The notes under the pieces are model-generated. The model saw only the letters and a program-made list of their open reading frames with translations, ran no database searches and had not been told where the DNA came from. A stretch of DNA of 64,000 nucleotides, taken from the IMG/VR virus record IMGVR_UViG_3300033233_000003, one strand, 5' to 3'. The translations under genes were made by a program, and so were the position numbers. Position 1 is the first letter of the stretch. Each line of letters begins with the position of its first letter. Below are positions 28,609 through 37,832 of the stretch, in pieces. The stretch comes from an uncultured virus (IMG/VR IMGVR_UViG_3300033233_000003) (taxonomy: Duplodnaviria; Heunggongvirae; Uroviricota; Caudoviricetes).

Positions 28609-29232
28609 TCAGTCGATTCGTCTTCCTGTTCGCCCGTCGAATGTCGCGACCACGCGGTAGCCGTAGCCGGGCACTCGATAGTGAGCCGTGAGCAGGATCG
28701 TACCATCGGCGGCGGCCTCCGTCTCCGTCTTCGTCTCGACGAGCGAACCTTTGCGGCTCTCCTTGAGGATCGATCCGGGGAACCACGATTTGCTTTGAAC
28801 CTTCTGGCCGTCCCGCTCCAGCTCTCGGACGATGGCCGTGATGCCGCCGCGCCGATCGAGCACGTGGATCTCAGCCGGTGGTTTTTGAACCATTCGGGCG
28901 CGAACGCCTCTCTCGTCTGTGACGGCGTCGCCGAGGGGACACGTCTCGCAGTCGGCCCAGTGGTCGAACGAGATCTGCGCGGCCAGGCTGTCCGCGCTCT
29001 GGCCCAAGAGGAAGTTGCGCTCGATGAGGATCTCCTGCGGCTTCATGCGCGCGACCACTTCGGCTTGGCTCAGGCCGCCGAGACGCATGGCCTCGATCAT
29101 CACGCGCGTGGCGTACGCTTGGAACGTCTCGGCCGAGCCGAGCCGCTTCGCCACACGCGCGGCACGACCGCTGCCGATGGACGCAGGAGCTGGTTTCTTT
29201 TCCGACACCTGGGTGGGTCGTTTTCCTAGCAC
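28609..29232 (-). CDS. Hypothetical protein with a divergent copy of the shared helical module
   Basis: FQAYATRVMIEAMRLGGLSQAEVVARMKPQEILIERNFLLGQSADSLAAQI. Confidence 0.55.
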   Translation of the reverse strand: MLGKRPTQVSEKKPAPASIGSGRAARVAKRLGSAETFQAYATRVMIEAMRLGGLSQAEVVARMKPQEILIERNFLLGQSADSLAAQISFDHWADCETCPLGDAVTDERGVRARMVQKPPAEIHVLDRRGGITAIVRELERDGQKVQSKSWFPGSILKESRKGSLVETKTETEAAADGTILLTAHYRVPGYGYRVVATFDGRTGRRID

Positions 29233-29296
29233 GAATTTCAGCTTTCGACGCGGTCACCTTTGATGCCGGAGAGGGAGAGGAGAGAGGAAGACGAGA

Positions 29297-29454
29297 GGCT
29301 ATGAGGGAAGGGTGGGAAGTGGGACGGGGGAAGCATGGTGCGCTGGAAGATTGTCGCCGGCTGTCAAATCGAGTGAGGGCCGACACCGCGCACGGGCGCG
29401 CGGACTGCCGTTTCGGATGCTTCGCATCCTCCTTTCGCGCGCTCCCGATGGTCG
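29297..29454 (-). repeat. ~160-bp structured element, copy 4
   Basis: Same core and box. Confidence 0.95.
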
Positions 29455-29461
29455 CGCCCAA

Positions 29462-30121
29462 CTATGATTCGTTCAGTTGGCTGATGATGTCGACCAGGAC
29501 CTTCTGCTGGTCAGGATTGAGCACGGCCAAGATGCCGGACAGCTGCGGCGGATCGAATGTGGCGAGGAGCGATCGAAGCTGTTTCACCAAGATGTGGTCG
29601 ATCGAGGCGTCCCAAATCTGAAGGAACATGGCATCGCTGGTTCTCGCCGTGATGGCGCTCATGACGACGGGCACGTACCGCATCACCGCCTGGAACGCTT
29701 TCTCCTTTCTCTCCTCCCAGGCTGCGGCTTGTTGCGCGCGCTCGTTTTCCTGTTTGACCGCCTCGACGGGCTCGATGCCGACGGCGCCGCCGAGCGTCAC
29801 CGGCGACATCGACCTGTTCGCGAACCAGAGGACGAGCGTCTTCGGGCCGCGATGCTCGCCGATGTAGCCGCCGCAGGTCGCCTCGCTGCGCCCGAGTGTC
29901 CTCACGATGAAGAAGTTGCCCGGAAGGCCCTCTGTGTCTCCCTCGTCGAGGTGCACGGTCAGGTAGCCGGAGAAGAAGTCCGGGAGCGTGAGGAAGCGGG
30001 CTACCTCTCCCTCTTTGATCTCGATCTCGACCTTCACTCGCTCGGCGTCTTCGCCGCCGCTGGCGTACGGGAGGTAGGTGCGGGGGAGGGAGCGGAATTT
30101 GATGTGAGGGGAGGGGGTCAT
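29462..30121 (-). CDS. Hypothetical protein; C-terminus paralogous to 30351-31361
   Basis: WEERKEKAFQAVMRYVPVV...PPQLSGILAVLNPDQQ. Confidence 0.65.
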   Translation of the reverse strand: MTPSPHIKFRSLPRTYLPYASGGEDAERVKVEIEIKEGEVARFLTLPDFFSGYLTVHLDEGDTEGLPGNFFIVRTLGRSEATCGGYIGEHRGPKTLVLWFANRSMSPVTLGGAVGIEPVEAVKQENERAQQAAAWEERKEKAFQAVMRYVPVVMSAITARTSDAMFLQIWDASIDHILVKQLRSLLATFDPPQLSGILAVLNPDQQKVLVDIISQLNES

Positions 30122-30178
30122 GGGTTTGTTGCTCCGAGAGGGAGACGAGAGGGAGACGAGAGGGAGACGAGAGCTAGA

Positions 30179-30336
30179 AGCTATGAAGGAGGGGTGGGGA
30201 GTGGGGGCGTGGGACAGCGGCGCGCTGAGAGGGAGGCTTTGCGATCGAGGCGAGTGAGGGCCGGTACCGCGCACGGGCGCGCGGACTGCCGTTTCGGATG
30301 CTGGCGCATCCTCCTTTCGCGCCCTCCCGATGGTCG
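30179..30336 (-). repeat. ~160-bp structured element, copy 5
   Basis: Same core and box; GAGAGGGAGAC x3 tail. Confidence 0.95.
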
Positions 30337-30350
30337 GGCCGAGAGGTGCG

Positions 30351-31361
30351 TTATTCGTCCTTCTTCGTCGGCTCGGTCTTCTCTGCCTGTTCCTTGGCCT
30401 CCTTTTCGGTGAGGAACATCTCGATGGCGGTGCCCTTGAGCACCGTCATCGGGGTGAAGGGCTCGGAGACATCCTTGTGGTCGAGCCTCTCTTCAGTCTT
30501 CGCGATGCGCTCCTTCTCCTTCTCCTTGTCGGTCTCTTCCGCCTGCATGATGAAGTCCATCGCGCTCGCGAGCGTCGCCTGCTGGATCGTGTCGAGCGGA
30601 GCCATCATGCCTTCGAGCTGCTGGGGCTTGAGCGACTTCAAGAATCCCTTGATGCCTTCGATCAGCACCTCCGGGTGCTCCTTGATCATCTTCGGGCCGC
30701 CGTACTTCTTGACGAGCGTCTGGAAGACGATCGGCACGTAGCCCATCAGCCCCTCGAAGGCGCGCTCCTTCTTGTCCTCCCAGAAGAGCGTCTTGCGCAG
30801 ATCCAAGTTGCGCAGGTGCTGATTGTTCATCATCTCGTCTTGGAGCCGCACCATGCCGCTGCGCTCCTCCTCCAGCTCCTTGATTCGGATGGTCTGCTCC
30901 TTGTTGGTCTCCATCAGGTTGCGCATGAGCTGGTTCGCCCACGGCACCGCCGCCTTGACCACGCCGTCGACGATGCGCATCTGCTGGGCTTTTTCGCCGC
31001 GCGCGGTCGGGCCCTCGCTCCGCTCGTCATCGCCCTCGTCGTCGTCAGGCTGCGGGTGGACGTAGACGCGTTTGCGTCGCCCATAGCTCCAGTTGTCGCC
31101 GCGGTTTTCTCCGAAGTAGCCCGCATAGAGGTACTCCTGGGTGGTCTTCGCGCCCTCGGCGTCGCCCTCGGCCATCTTGATCAGGTCGTCGATGGTCTTC
31201 TCCAGCGGCGTGTCCGGCTTGATGTCGACCGCGTCGACTGGCACGACCTTGCGGTCGTCCTTCACATGCAGGCACGCGATCACCCTGCAGTCGTCGCCTC
31301 GATGACCCTCGCGCATGCAGGAGTCGACCCACGTGCGAAGCTCCGCCCGAGAGATGTTCAT
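30351..31361 (-). CDS. Coiled-coil hypothetical protein
   Basis: 336 aa; WEDKKERAFEGLMGYVPIV...PQQLEGMMAPLDTIQQ. Confidence 0.7.
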   Translation of the reverse strand: MNISRAELRTWVDSCMREGHRGDDCRVIACLHVKDDRKVVPVDAVDIKPDTPLEKTIDDLIKMAEGDAEGAKTTQEYLYAGYFGENRGDNWSYGRRKRVYVHPQPDDDEGDDERSEGPTARGEKAQQMRIVDGVVKAAVPWANQLMRNLMETNKEQTIRIKELEEERSGMVRLQDEMMNNQHLRNLDLRKTLFWEDKKERAFEGLMGYVPIVFQTLVKKYGGPKMIKEHPEVLIEGIKGFLKSLKPQQLEGMMAPLDTIQQATLASAMDFIMQAEETDKEKEKERIAKTEERLDHKDVSEPFTPMTVLKGTAIEMFLTEKEAKEQAEKTEPTKKDE

Positions 31362-31447
31362 GTTTGCCCCTTTTGCTCGACCGTCTTCCGTGCACTATCG
31401 ACAGATTCAAATATCTAAATAGTTGAATGCATCGATGGGATCGTAGG

Positions 31448-31678
31448 TTACCTGATTCCCTTCGCCTTGGAAGGAGATTTTGTGCCGCCTCGTGAGGCGG
31501 AGCCGCCTCGTTGAATGGTGTTGCGCAGTCGATCGTTCTCCTTGCGCAGCTGGCCGTTCTCGGCGTGCAGGCGTTGGTGCTGCCACTGCATGCGTTCGAG
31601 CGCGACGATGGCCTCGGCCAAGATGTTGCGGGTGGCCTTGGCGGCGTCGCCGTTCGGAGCGATCTCACGCCTCGCCAT
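31448..31678 (-). CDS. Small coiled-coil protein
   Basis: LHAENGQLRKENDRLR heptads. Confidence 0.55.
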   Translation of the reverse strand: MARREIAPNGDAAKATRNILAEAIVALERMQWQHQRLHAENGQLRKENDRLRNTIQRGGSASRGGTKSPSKAKGIR

Positions 31679-32212
31679 GTGGCACCGGAGACCCGTTCTC
31701 GACCACGAGCTTGGCGCCGAACTTCTCGGCCATCTTCTCGCCGACGGCGGTCGCTTTGTCGAGCGTCGGATAGTGCCGGATCAGGTGCTCGGGCCTCGGG
31801 CCGTAGCGGACGGCATATCCGGCAGCTTCGTGGCTGACTCGGACCTCGGTCGGTGGGAAGAGGACGCGGACCTTCTCGAAATGCAAATAGCCTCGTCTTT
31901 TTGGTTTTTCGATTTGACCATCACCGCCGCGCATCTGAGGTCCTTGTATGTTATTGAACAGGTGATGGCATCGAGACGCCTCGAAGATCTCGACTCCACG
32001 TCGACGTACGCGGACTCCAGCCCGGGCGCTCGCGCGCTCGCGCCTCGATCTTGGTCGCCGTGTGTTTGGCTTCGCTCTTCGTGAACCTCTTCGCGTTGCC
32101 GAGCCAGCGCCACTCGCCGGTCATCCAGAGCGCGGCGCGCTCGTACCATTTTCCGTAACCGGGTTTGAGCTTGATTGCGATTGCGTAGTTTTTCTTGGAC
32201 ACGGCGATTCCT

Positions 32213-32995
32213 CTACTCGGCCTTGCTCGCCGAGAACGCCTGCTTTGCGCTCACGACCTTCGTCAGGAGCCAGCCGGCCGCGAGCAGGCCGCAGATGATG
32301 AGGACTGGCGTGAAGTATTCCCCGAAGAGTGCCTTGCCCGCTCCTTTGAAGAGCGGCGGGATGAGACCCGGCACCGTGGTCTCTTCGAGCTTCTTCTGGG
32401 AGGGCTTTCCGCTGAGGTCTGTGAAACGTCCGTGGAAATCGTTGTACGTCCTCTCGTAGGGGATCACCTCGTTGACCACGAGCGCGGGTCCGGTGACGGG
32501 TCCCCAGGACGACATGTCGTCGGGGTATCCGACCGACTTCTTGTAGACCGACCACCTCGTCGTGAACTCGCCGTAGTCCTTCGCGAACTTCTGCTCGGCT
32601 GCGATCTGTGCCGCGCTCTTATCCTTGGCGCGCGCTCGCATCTCGTCTGCGTTTCTTCGCAGCTCGGCTGCTTTCCCAGGAAAATACTTCGACGCAGCCG
32701 ACGCTTCCCACGCCGTGGCCGCAGCTTCCAGGGCCACAGGATCTCCCCACACGAACTGGTTGTGCATGTCGTTGTCCAACGCCACGATCGCAAGGTCCAC
32801 GCGCTTGACGGCTCGGAAGGCATCTTCCTTGGACACGACGGCCGGCAGGGTTTCCCTCGTACTGCTGCCACCACCGATCGCTCTCAGCTCGATGCCGGGC
32901 CGCGCAGCGCCAGTCCTCGTGCGTACGAGCAGCGACGATGTCGTGGGGGCGCTCGGCGCCGATCGGGTGCGGGCGAGCGCGCTCTGTCCAGCCAT
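32213..32995 (-). CDS. Helical protein with a C-terminal transmembrane segment
   Basis: GAGGA RBS before MAGQSAL; PVLIICGLLAAGWLL. Confidence 0.6.
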   Translation of the reverse strand: MAGQSALARTRSAPSAPTTSSLLVRTRTGAARPGIELRAIGGGSSTRETLPAVVSKEDAFRAVKRVDLAIVALDNDMHNQFVWGDPVALEAAATAWEASAASKYFPGKAAELRRNADEMRARAKDKSAAQIAAEQKFAKDYGEFTTRWSVYKKSVGYPDDMSSWGPVTGPALVVNEVIPYERTYNDFHGRFTDLSGKPSQKKLEETTVPGLIPPLFKGAGKALFGEYFTPVLIICGLLAAGWLLTKVVSAKQAFSASKAE

Positions 32996-33262
32996 CGTGG
33001 AATCCTCGCACAGTTGTGTCGTCGAGGCGAGTGCCTTCAAGGCTGTGACTTCGAGCGACGGCGTCCCCTTAGCGCCCCTTGAAGTGGTGCTCGACTACCT
33101 CATGGAGCATCGCCTGCAGCCGTCTCTTCGTCTCGGTCGGATCCTCACCGTGCTCGATCGACTCGGCGAGCAGCTCCTCGTCGGTCATGTTCTCGACCTC
33201 GTCGGCGAGCGCTTCGTAGAGTTTCGCGAGACGCCAGTCAGTGGCTAGGGCGGCGGGACGTG

Positions 33263-33748
33263 TCATCGCGCGAACCTCGCGAGGCTCTTGCCGAGCACCT
33301 TCTTCAGCGGTGCGCTGTCCATCACGTCGCGGGCCGTGCTCGGGAAAAATTCGCTCTCGCACTCGATCTGAAATCCACAAGCGGCGGCGGAGCCGACCGC
33401 GTTTGGATCGTCGAAGACGATGGGCTTGTTCGCGACGATGGCCTGGTAGGTGAGGTCCTTCTGGGATCGGCTCGACAGCGTTTCGTAGAACTCGTAAATT
33501 GGACGCGCGCTCGCGGAAAGCTCCTCGGGCTCGTCGGAGAGGACGACGGACGGTGGCAAGTTTGTCATGTCCGAGAGCTGGAAGCGGTTCATCGTCAGAT
33601 CGCCGTCCTCATCGTCGAGCGGCTTGCCGAGTGGCTGGAGCATGCCGCGATGGTGAAGATAGGCGATGACGACGGCGGCGTTGACGCTCAGCGGATGCGG
33701 ATCGCGCCAGATGACCGTGAGCGAGCGGATCCTTCCCCTGGCGCTCAC
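33263..33748 (-). CDS. Hypothetical protein containing a covariant hairpin copy
   Basis: Coupled to its neighbours; PNAVGSAAA peptide. Confidence 0.55.
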   Translation of the reverse strand: MSARGRIRSLTVIWRDPHPLSVNAAVVIAYLHHRGMLQPLGKPLDDEDGDLTMNRFQLSDMTNLPPSVVLSDEPEELSASARPIYEFYETLSSRSQKDLTYQAIVANKPIVFDDPNAVGSAAACGFQIECESEFFPSTARDVMDSAPLKKVLGKSLARFAR

Positions 33749-33981
33749 GGGTCGTCTCCGTCGGGAAAGAGCAGCGACGTGATCGCGAAGAGGGAGATCC
33801 AGAGCGGCCAGAGCACGCAGATGAAGATCCAGGCGGCGGTGACTAGCGGCGCCGGAGGCGACCGCGTTGGAACGGTCGTGCGACCGACTCCCTCTTCTTG
33901 ACGCTTCGCTCGGATCATCGCGAACGCGACAGGCAGCGCGATGAAGAGGTCGATGAAGAGGTAGGTGGCGAGGGTCTTCAT
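33745..33981 (-). CDS. Small two-TM membrane protein; the loop contains a hairpin copy
   Basis: Two hydrophobic segments flanking PTRSPPAPLV. Confidence 0.6.
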   Translation of the reverse strand: MKTLATYLFIDLFIALPVAFAMIRAKRQEEGVGRTTVPTRSPPAPLVTAAWIFICVLWPLWISLFAITSLLFPDGDDP

Positions 33982-34038
33982 GATCGGGCTGGAGCGGGAG
34001 GGCGAGAGGAGAGCGAGAGAGGGAGAGGGAGAGCGAGA

Positions 34039-34299
34039 GGCTGCGAGGGAGGGTCGGGGAGTGGATCGTGGGATCGCGGGACGCTCAGAGACGATCTTTG
34101 CCGTCTAGTCGAGTGAGGGCTGATACCGCGCTCCTGGCGCGCGGACTGCCGTTTCGGATGCTGGCGCATCCTCCTCTCGCGCCTCCCGATGGTCGGCCAG
34201 GAGAGCACCTCCCGATGGTCGGCCGGGAGAGGGACTGTTGCGTGGTCACCTTTCGCGCCTCCCGATGGTCGGCCGGGAGAGGGCGCCTCCCGATGGTCG
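34039..34299 (-). repeat. ~160-bp structured element, copy 6, with four CCTCCCGATGGTCGGCC boxes
   Basis: Same core; box repeated 4x in 34182-34302. Confidence 0.95.
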
Positions 34300-34320
34300 G
34301 CCGGCAATGAGACGGTTGGC

Positions 34321-34692
34321 TCATGGGGTGCCGCGGCGCGTGCGCGTGAGGTGGCTCCGATCCTGGTTCTTGATGGGAGGCATCTTGGCGAGCAGCGCCT
34401 TGCCTTCACTCACCATGCTCTTGCTCTTGTCGACCAGCGCCTTGCTCTTGTCGACCAGCGCCTTGCCGGCGGCGATCGTCGCGTCGGCATCCTCGGACAA
34501 CGCGCGCGCGGCGGCGGCGCCGATCTTCATCTTGACCGCGACTTCTCCCTTGCCGAGCTTCTCCGGGATGCCGGACGCGGCGTCGAGCAGAGTCGCCGCT
34601 CCGCGCAAGACGCCGCCGATGTGACTCGGCTTCGGATCTACCGTCTCCGAGATCACCTCGGCCTCGACCTCGATCGGCGGTTCCCCCTCCAT
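34321..34692 (-). CDS. Helical hypothetical protein (KALVDKS repeats)
   Basis: 21-bp internal repeat; packed operon. Confidence 0.55.
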   Translation of the reverse strand: MEGEPPIEVEAEVISETVDPKPSHIGGVLRGAATLLDAASGIPEKLGKGEVAVKMKIGAAAARALSEDADATIAAGKALVDKSKALVDKSKSMVSEGKALLAKMPPIKNQDRSHLTRTRRGTP

Positions 34693-34694
34693 GA

Positions 34695-35060
34695 TCACTT
34701 CCCCTTCCAGCTGGCTGTCCACGTTGATTTCTGGTCTCTCTCGCCTGTGACCGCTTGCACCGTCTTCGTCATCTCGACGTGCCTCGCGCCGATCTTCGCT
34801 CCTTCCTTGCACGCGAACTTGCACAGGTCGTAGTTCGCGCGACCGCGGAGCTTGCCGGCCGCCTTGCTGGACATGGGCAGGAGGTCAGCCGCGAGGTGGA
34901 GCAACGTCGCTTCCAGGATGTCGCCGTCGATGCCCACCATCTTGGCCAGATCGTCGCGTCGCTCGACCGTCTCGGGACGAGTGAGGCGTTCGAGGAAGTC
35001 GTCGAGCATGCTGGGGCGTTTTTCCTTCGCCTTCGAGTCCTTCGGGCCGTTCGGGTCCAT
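34695..35060 (-). CDS. Hypothetical protein
   Basis: 121 aa; packed operon. Confidence 0.55.
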   Translation of the reverse strand: MDPNGPKDSKAKEKRPSMLDDFLERLTRPETVERRDDLAKMVGIDGDILEATLLHLAADLLPMSSKAAGKLRGRANYDLCKFACKEGAKIGARHVEMTKTVQAVTGERDQKSTWTASWKGK

Positions 35061-35072
35061 GAATGGTAGATC

Positions 35073-35441
35073 CTAGAGGAGGAACGGCTCCGCGGCCAGC
35101 CCGAGCGCGCCCCAGGCCCCCGCGTGCTTCCAGTCGACGCATGCCCCGTCCGGACCGTAGGCCCAGGATCTTCGCCCGAGGTTCCTGTCGACCCGACAGG
35201 CGACGTACTCCAGCCCCGAGAGAGCGCCGGAGTAGGCCGCTCCGCGCAGGAGGAACGGCGCGCCCGCTAGCTTCGGCGCGAGGTAGCCGATGAAGAGGCC
35301 GCCGAAACCGAACACCGGCAGGATGGGCACCTTGGCACCACCGAAGACCGCTGAGTAGCGCGGCGTGTCGCTGCTCATCTGCTCGACGACCCAGCCGAGG
35401 TAGCCGAAGAGCAGGAACTTGCCGAGGAGCATGGGGATCAT
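35073..35441 (-). CDS. Small multi-TM protein resembling the CmpB-like (DUF1113) membrane family
   Basis: FGYLGWVVE...PILPVFGFGG...LEY...WAY...WGALG. Confidence 0.55.
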   Translation of the reverse strand: MIPMLLGKFLLFGYLGWVVEQMSSDTPRYSAVFGGAKVPILPVFGFGGLFIGYLAPKLAGAPFLLRGAAYSGALSGLEYVACRVDRNLGRRSWAYGPDGACVDWKHAGAWGALGLAAEPFLL

Positions 35442-35678
35442 GGGGATAGCGAGGCTGGGATCACGGCTCTCTCGCCACTTTCGGGCGCCCTTTGTCGATC
35501 CCTCGGGCGAAGCACGTTTCGCAGAGGAGGTGGAAAGTTTGTTTGCCGTCCTTCCTCTTGTCCCAAGGAGACACGACGACGGGATGCTCGCCGGCCTTCG
35601 AGAAGCATCTCACGCAGTAGCGAGGACGTGCATCGCGCAGTCTTTGTTCTCTCTCCCGCTCGTCTTCAGAAGCGAAGC

Positions 35679-36149
35679 TCACGGGAAATACGTCTTCTTC
35701 GGCAGCGCGCCTCGAAGGATGTTCGCATGCGTCAAGAGCTTCTTGTCCCAGATGCGCAGCGCTTCGATCAGCCTGTCGAGGTAGAAGACATCTTCCTCCG
35801 ACGCGACGCCCTTCTTTCCCGTCGCTCCGACGGCGTAGCTCATGGCCGTGTCGAGCACGTGCGTCGCGGCCAGATACCACGCGGGAGGTCCGTGCCGCGT
35901 GGGACTCATCGCCTGCACCGGCGCCATGCGAGCCGGCGCGGTCCATCGAGCGACCGGCGGCTGTGCCTCTGGCATGGTCGAGATCATGTCTTTCGGCGGC
36001 GGACGCGTCACGGTGGTGATTTCGACGGGCGAGAACGTCGGCGGAGGGTTCGGTCCCGCAACTCGCGCGAAATTGTCACGAGCGGCCACGAAGTGGACCG
36101 CGTTGGTAGAGGAACCGCTCTCCCAGCCGTGGACGGGGCACCAGTGCAT
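35679..36149 (-). CDS. Hypothetical protein containing a covariant hairpin copy
   Basis: TNAVHFVAA peptide; Pro-rich linker. Confidence 0.45.
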   Translation of the reverse strand: MHWCPVHGWESGSSTNAVHFVAARDNFARVAGPNPPPTFSPVEITTVTRPPPKDMISTMPEAQPPVARWTAPARMAPVQAMSPTRHGPPAWYLAATHVLDTAMSYAVGATGKKGVASEEDVFYLDRLIEALRIWDKKLLTHANILRGALPKKTYFP

Positions 36150-36197
36150 GGTCCGAATCTAGCTCGAACCAGAGGCTTCTGGTAGTCTGTCTCGGGC

Positions 36198-36797
36198 ATG
36201 GCTCCGCCGGCGCTCATCTTGCTGCCGATCGCGGTCCTCGGGATGGTCGCCTTGGCGAGCGTGAGGTCGAGCGTGAGGTCGAGCGTGAGGTCGAGCGTGA
36301 AGTCGAGCGTGCTCTCCGTCTGGCCGGTGAGAGGCGGGACGAGGATCGTGCCGGAACGAGGTGCGGACAGCTTCGGAGCGAGCCGCGAAGGAGGCAAGCG
36401 TCTGCACGCCGGGGTGGATTTGCTCACCTCCAAGGGCTCGGCGATCGTCGCCATCGCGGAGGGACGCATCGCGGGCTTCCCGACGGGCTACGTCGGGCTC
36501 GACGCGATCGCGATCGAGCATGCGCCTCCCCTCGTGGGCGTCGCGGGCAATCCAATCTCGGGGATCCTCTACGCGGAGTTCACCCGGGACCCGAAGCTCG
36601 TCGTCGGTGAGACGGTCAAGGCGGGACAGGTGCTCGGCGTGGCCGCGGCGTCGGCCTACGGGTCGATGCTGCACCTGGAGTTTTGGCAGGGTCGGCTGCC
36701 TTCGGCGTTCACAGCGTGGCTCGCCGGATCGCCGAGGCCCGTGGGACTCCTGGATCCGACGTTCGACCTGCAGCGATTGGCTGGGGAGGACCGATGA
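36198..36797 (+). CDS. Membrane-anchored M23-family peptidase (putative peptidoglycan hydrolase)
   Basis: HAGVDL (HxxxD); V.VGETVKAGQVLG; MLHLE in place of the canonical HLH; N-terminal TM; 12-bp SVRS repeats. Confidence 0.8.
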   Translation: MAPPALILLPIAVLGMVALASVRSSVRSSVRSSVKSSVLSVWPVRGGTRIVPERGADSFGASREGGKRLHAGVDLLTSKGSAIVAIAEGRIAGFPTGYVGLDAIAIEHAPPLVGVAGNPISGILYAEFTRDPKLVVGETVKAGQVLGVAAASAYGSMLHLEFWQGRLPSAFTAWLAGSPRPVGLLDPTFDLQRLAGEDR

Positions 36798-37018
36798 CAA
36801 AAGACGAGATGAAGAAGTTCGATGAAGAGATGAGAAGGTTTCATCTTTCCACGAGAGAGTATCGAGAGAGCGAGACGCCGGAAGAGTACCTTCGACGCAA
36901 GAAGCTCTTCATCGAGAGGGTCACGCCGATCATGAAGCTCATGATGGAGCAGGAGCTGTGGATCTCGGAAGAAAAGCAGGCGACGTGGGACAGCGATGAC
37001 GAGGAGAAACCTAGTTGA
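36794..37018 (+). CDS. Small charged hypothetical protein
   Basis: GGAGGA RBS; ATGA overlap. Confidence 0.55.
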   Translation: MTKDEMKKFDEEMRRFHLSTREYRESETPEEYLRRKKLFIERVTPIMKLMMEQELWISEEKQATWDSDDEEKPS

Positions 37019-37761
37019 ATCTGCTCGTGCCGATCGCGGTGGGGCTCGGCGTCGTCGGCCTCGCATTGTCGTCCAGCAGCTCGTCCAGCAGCTCGTCCGG
37101 CGACAAGACTTCATGGCGCAAGGTCGTCTACATGTTCGAGGGACAACCTTTCACCGTGCTCGTGCTTGGAGACGTGAGTCGAGACCGTGCGCTCGTTTAT
37201 TTCCACGGCAACGGCGCGCACGTCGAGGAGATCGCGCCGGCGATCGCGGTGCTCATGGCGAAGTCGAAGAAGCCGCCGATGGTGATCCTGCCGCAGCTCG
37301 CGCCCGACGGGAACTTCCCGCCGTTCAAGGTGCTCGGCGGCCTGTCGAGCCTGTTGAAGGCTGTCGGTGCCACCGGCAAGAAGGTCGACGTGGTGGCGCA
37401 CTCGGGAGGCTACCTGGCGGCGGCGAACGGCCTCGACGGATCGAGCATGAAGGTTTCCGGGATCGTGCTGCTCGACGCGCTCTACGCCACGGCAGGCGTC
37501 TTCGGCCTTCGAGCGCAGATGGGCACGCGACTCGTCGACGTCTACGGATCGACCACTGCGGCGCAGAGTTTGGCTTTGGCGGGTCAGCTCAAGATGAAGC
37601 TCGGCGAGGCCGCCGTCGAAATCGCCGATTACGGCATCGGATCGACGCCGCTCTCGAAAGTCGCCCTGGGCAAGCGGGCGACATTCGTGCGAAGCGAGGT
37701 CGACCACTCGCAGATCCCGGGACGCTACCTCACCGAGGCGATCGACGCGCTCGGCGCATGA
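37015..37761 (+). CDS. Membrane-anchored alpha/beta hydrolase
   Basis: N-terminal TM plus poly-Ser; YFHG; AHSGG elbow; LLDALY; DHSQIP. Confidence 0.75.
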   Translation: MNLLVPIAVGLGVVGLALSSSSSSSSSSGDKTSWRKVVYMFEGQPFTVLVLGDVSRDRALVYFHGNGAHVEEIAPAIAVLMAKSKKPPMVILPQLAPDGNFPPFKVLGGLSSLLKAVGATGKKVDVVAHSGGYLAAANGLDGSSMKVSGIVLLDALYATAGVFGLRAQMGTRLVDVYGSTTAAQSLALAGQLKMKLGEAAVEIADYGIGSTPLSKVALGKRATFVRSEVDHSQIPGRYLTEAIDALGA

Positions 37762-37797
37762 GGAATGGGTTTTCCGAATCCTTGACTCTCGATGTCC

Positions 37798-37826
37798 TTG
37801 ACTACATATGTTGAAAGAGTTATCTT
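37798..37826 (+). promoter_or_regulatory. Sigma70-like promoter for the BrnT operon, probably leaderless
   Basis: TTGACT-N17-TATCTT ending 6 nt before the ATG at 37833; ACATATGT palindrome in the spacer. Confidence 0.6.
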
Positions 37827-37832
37827 CTCAGA

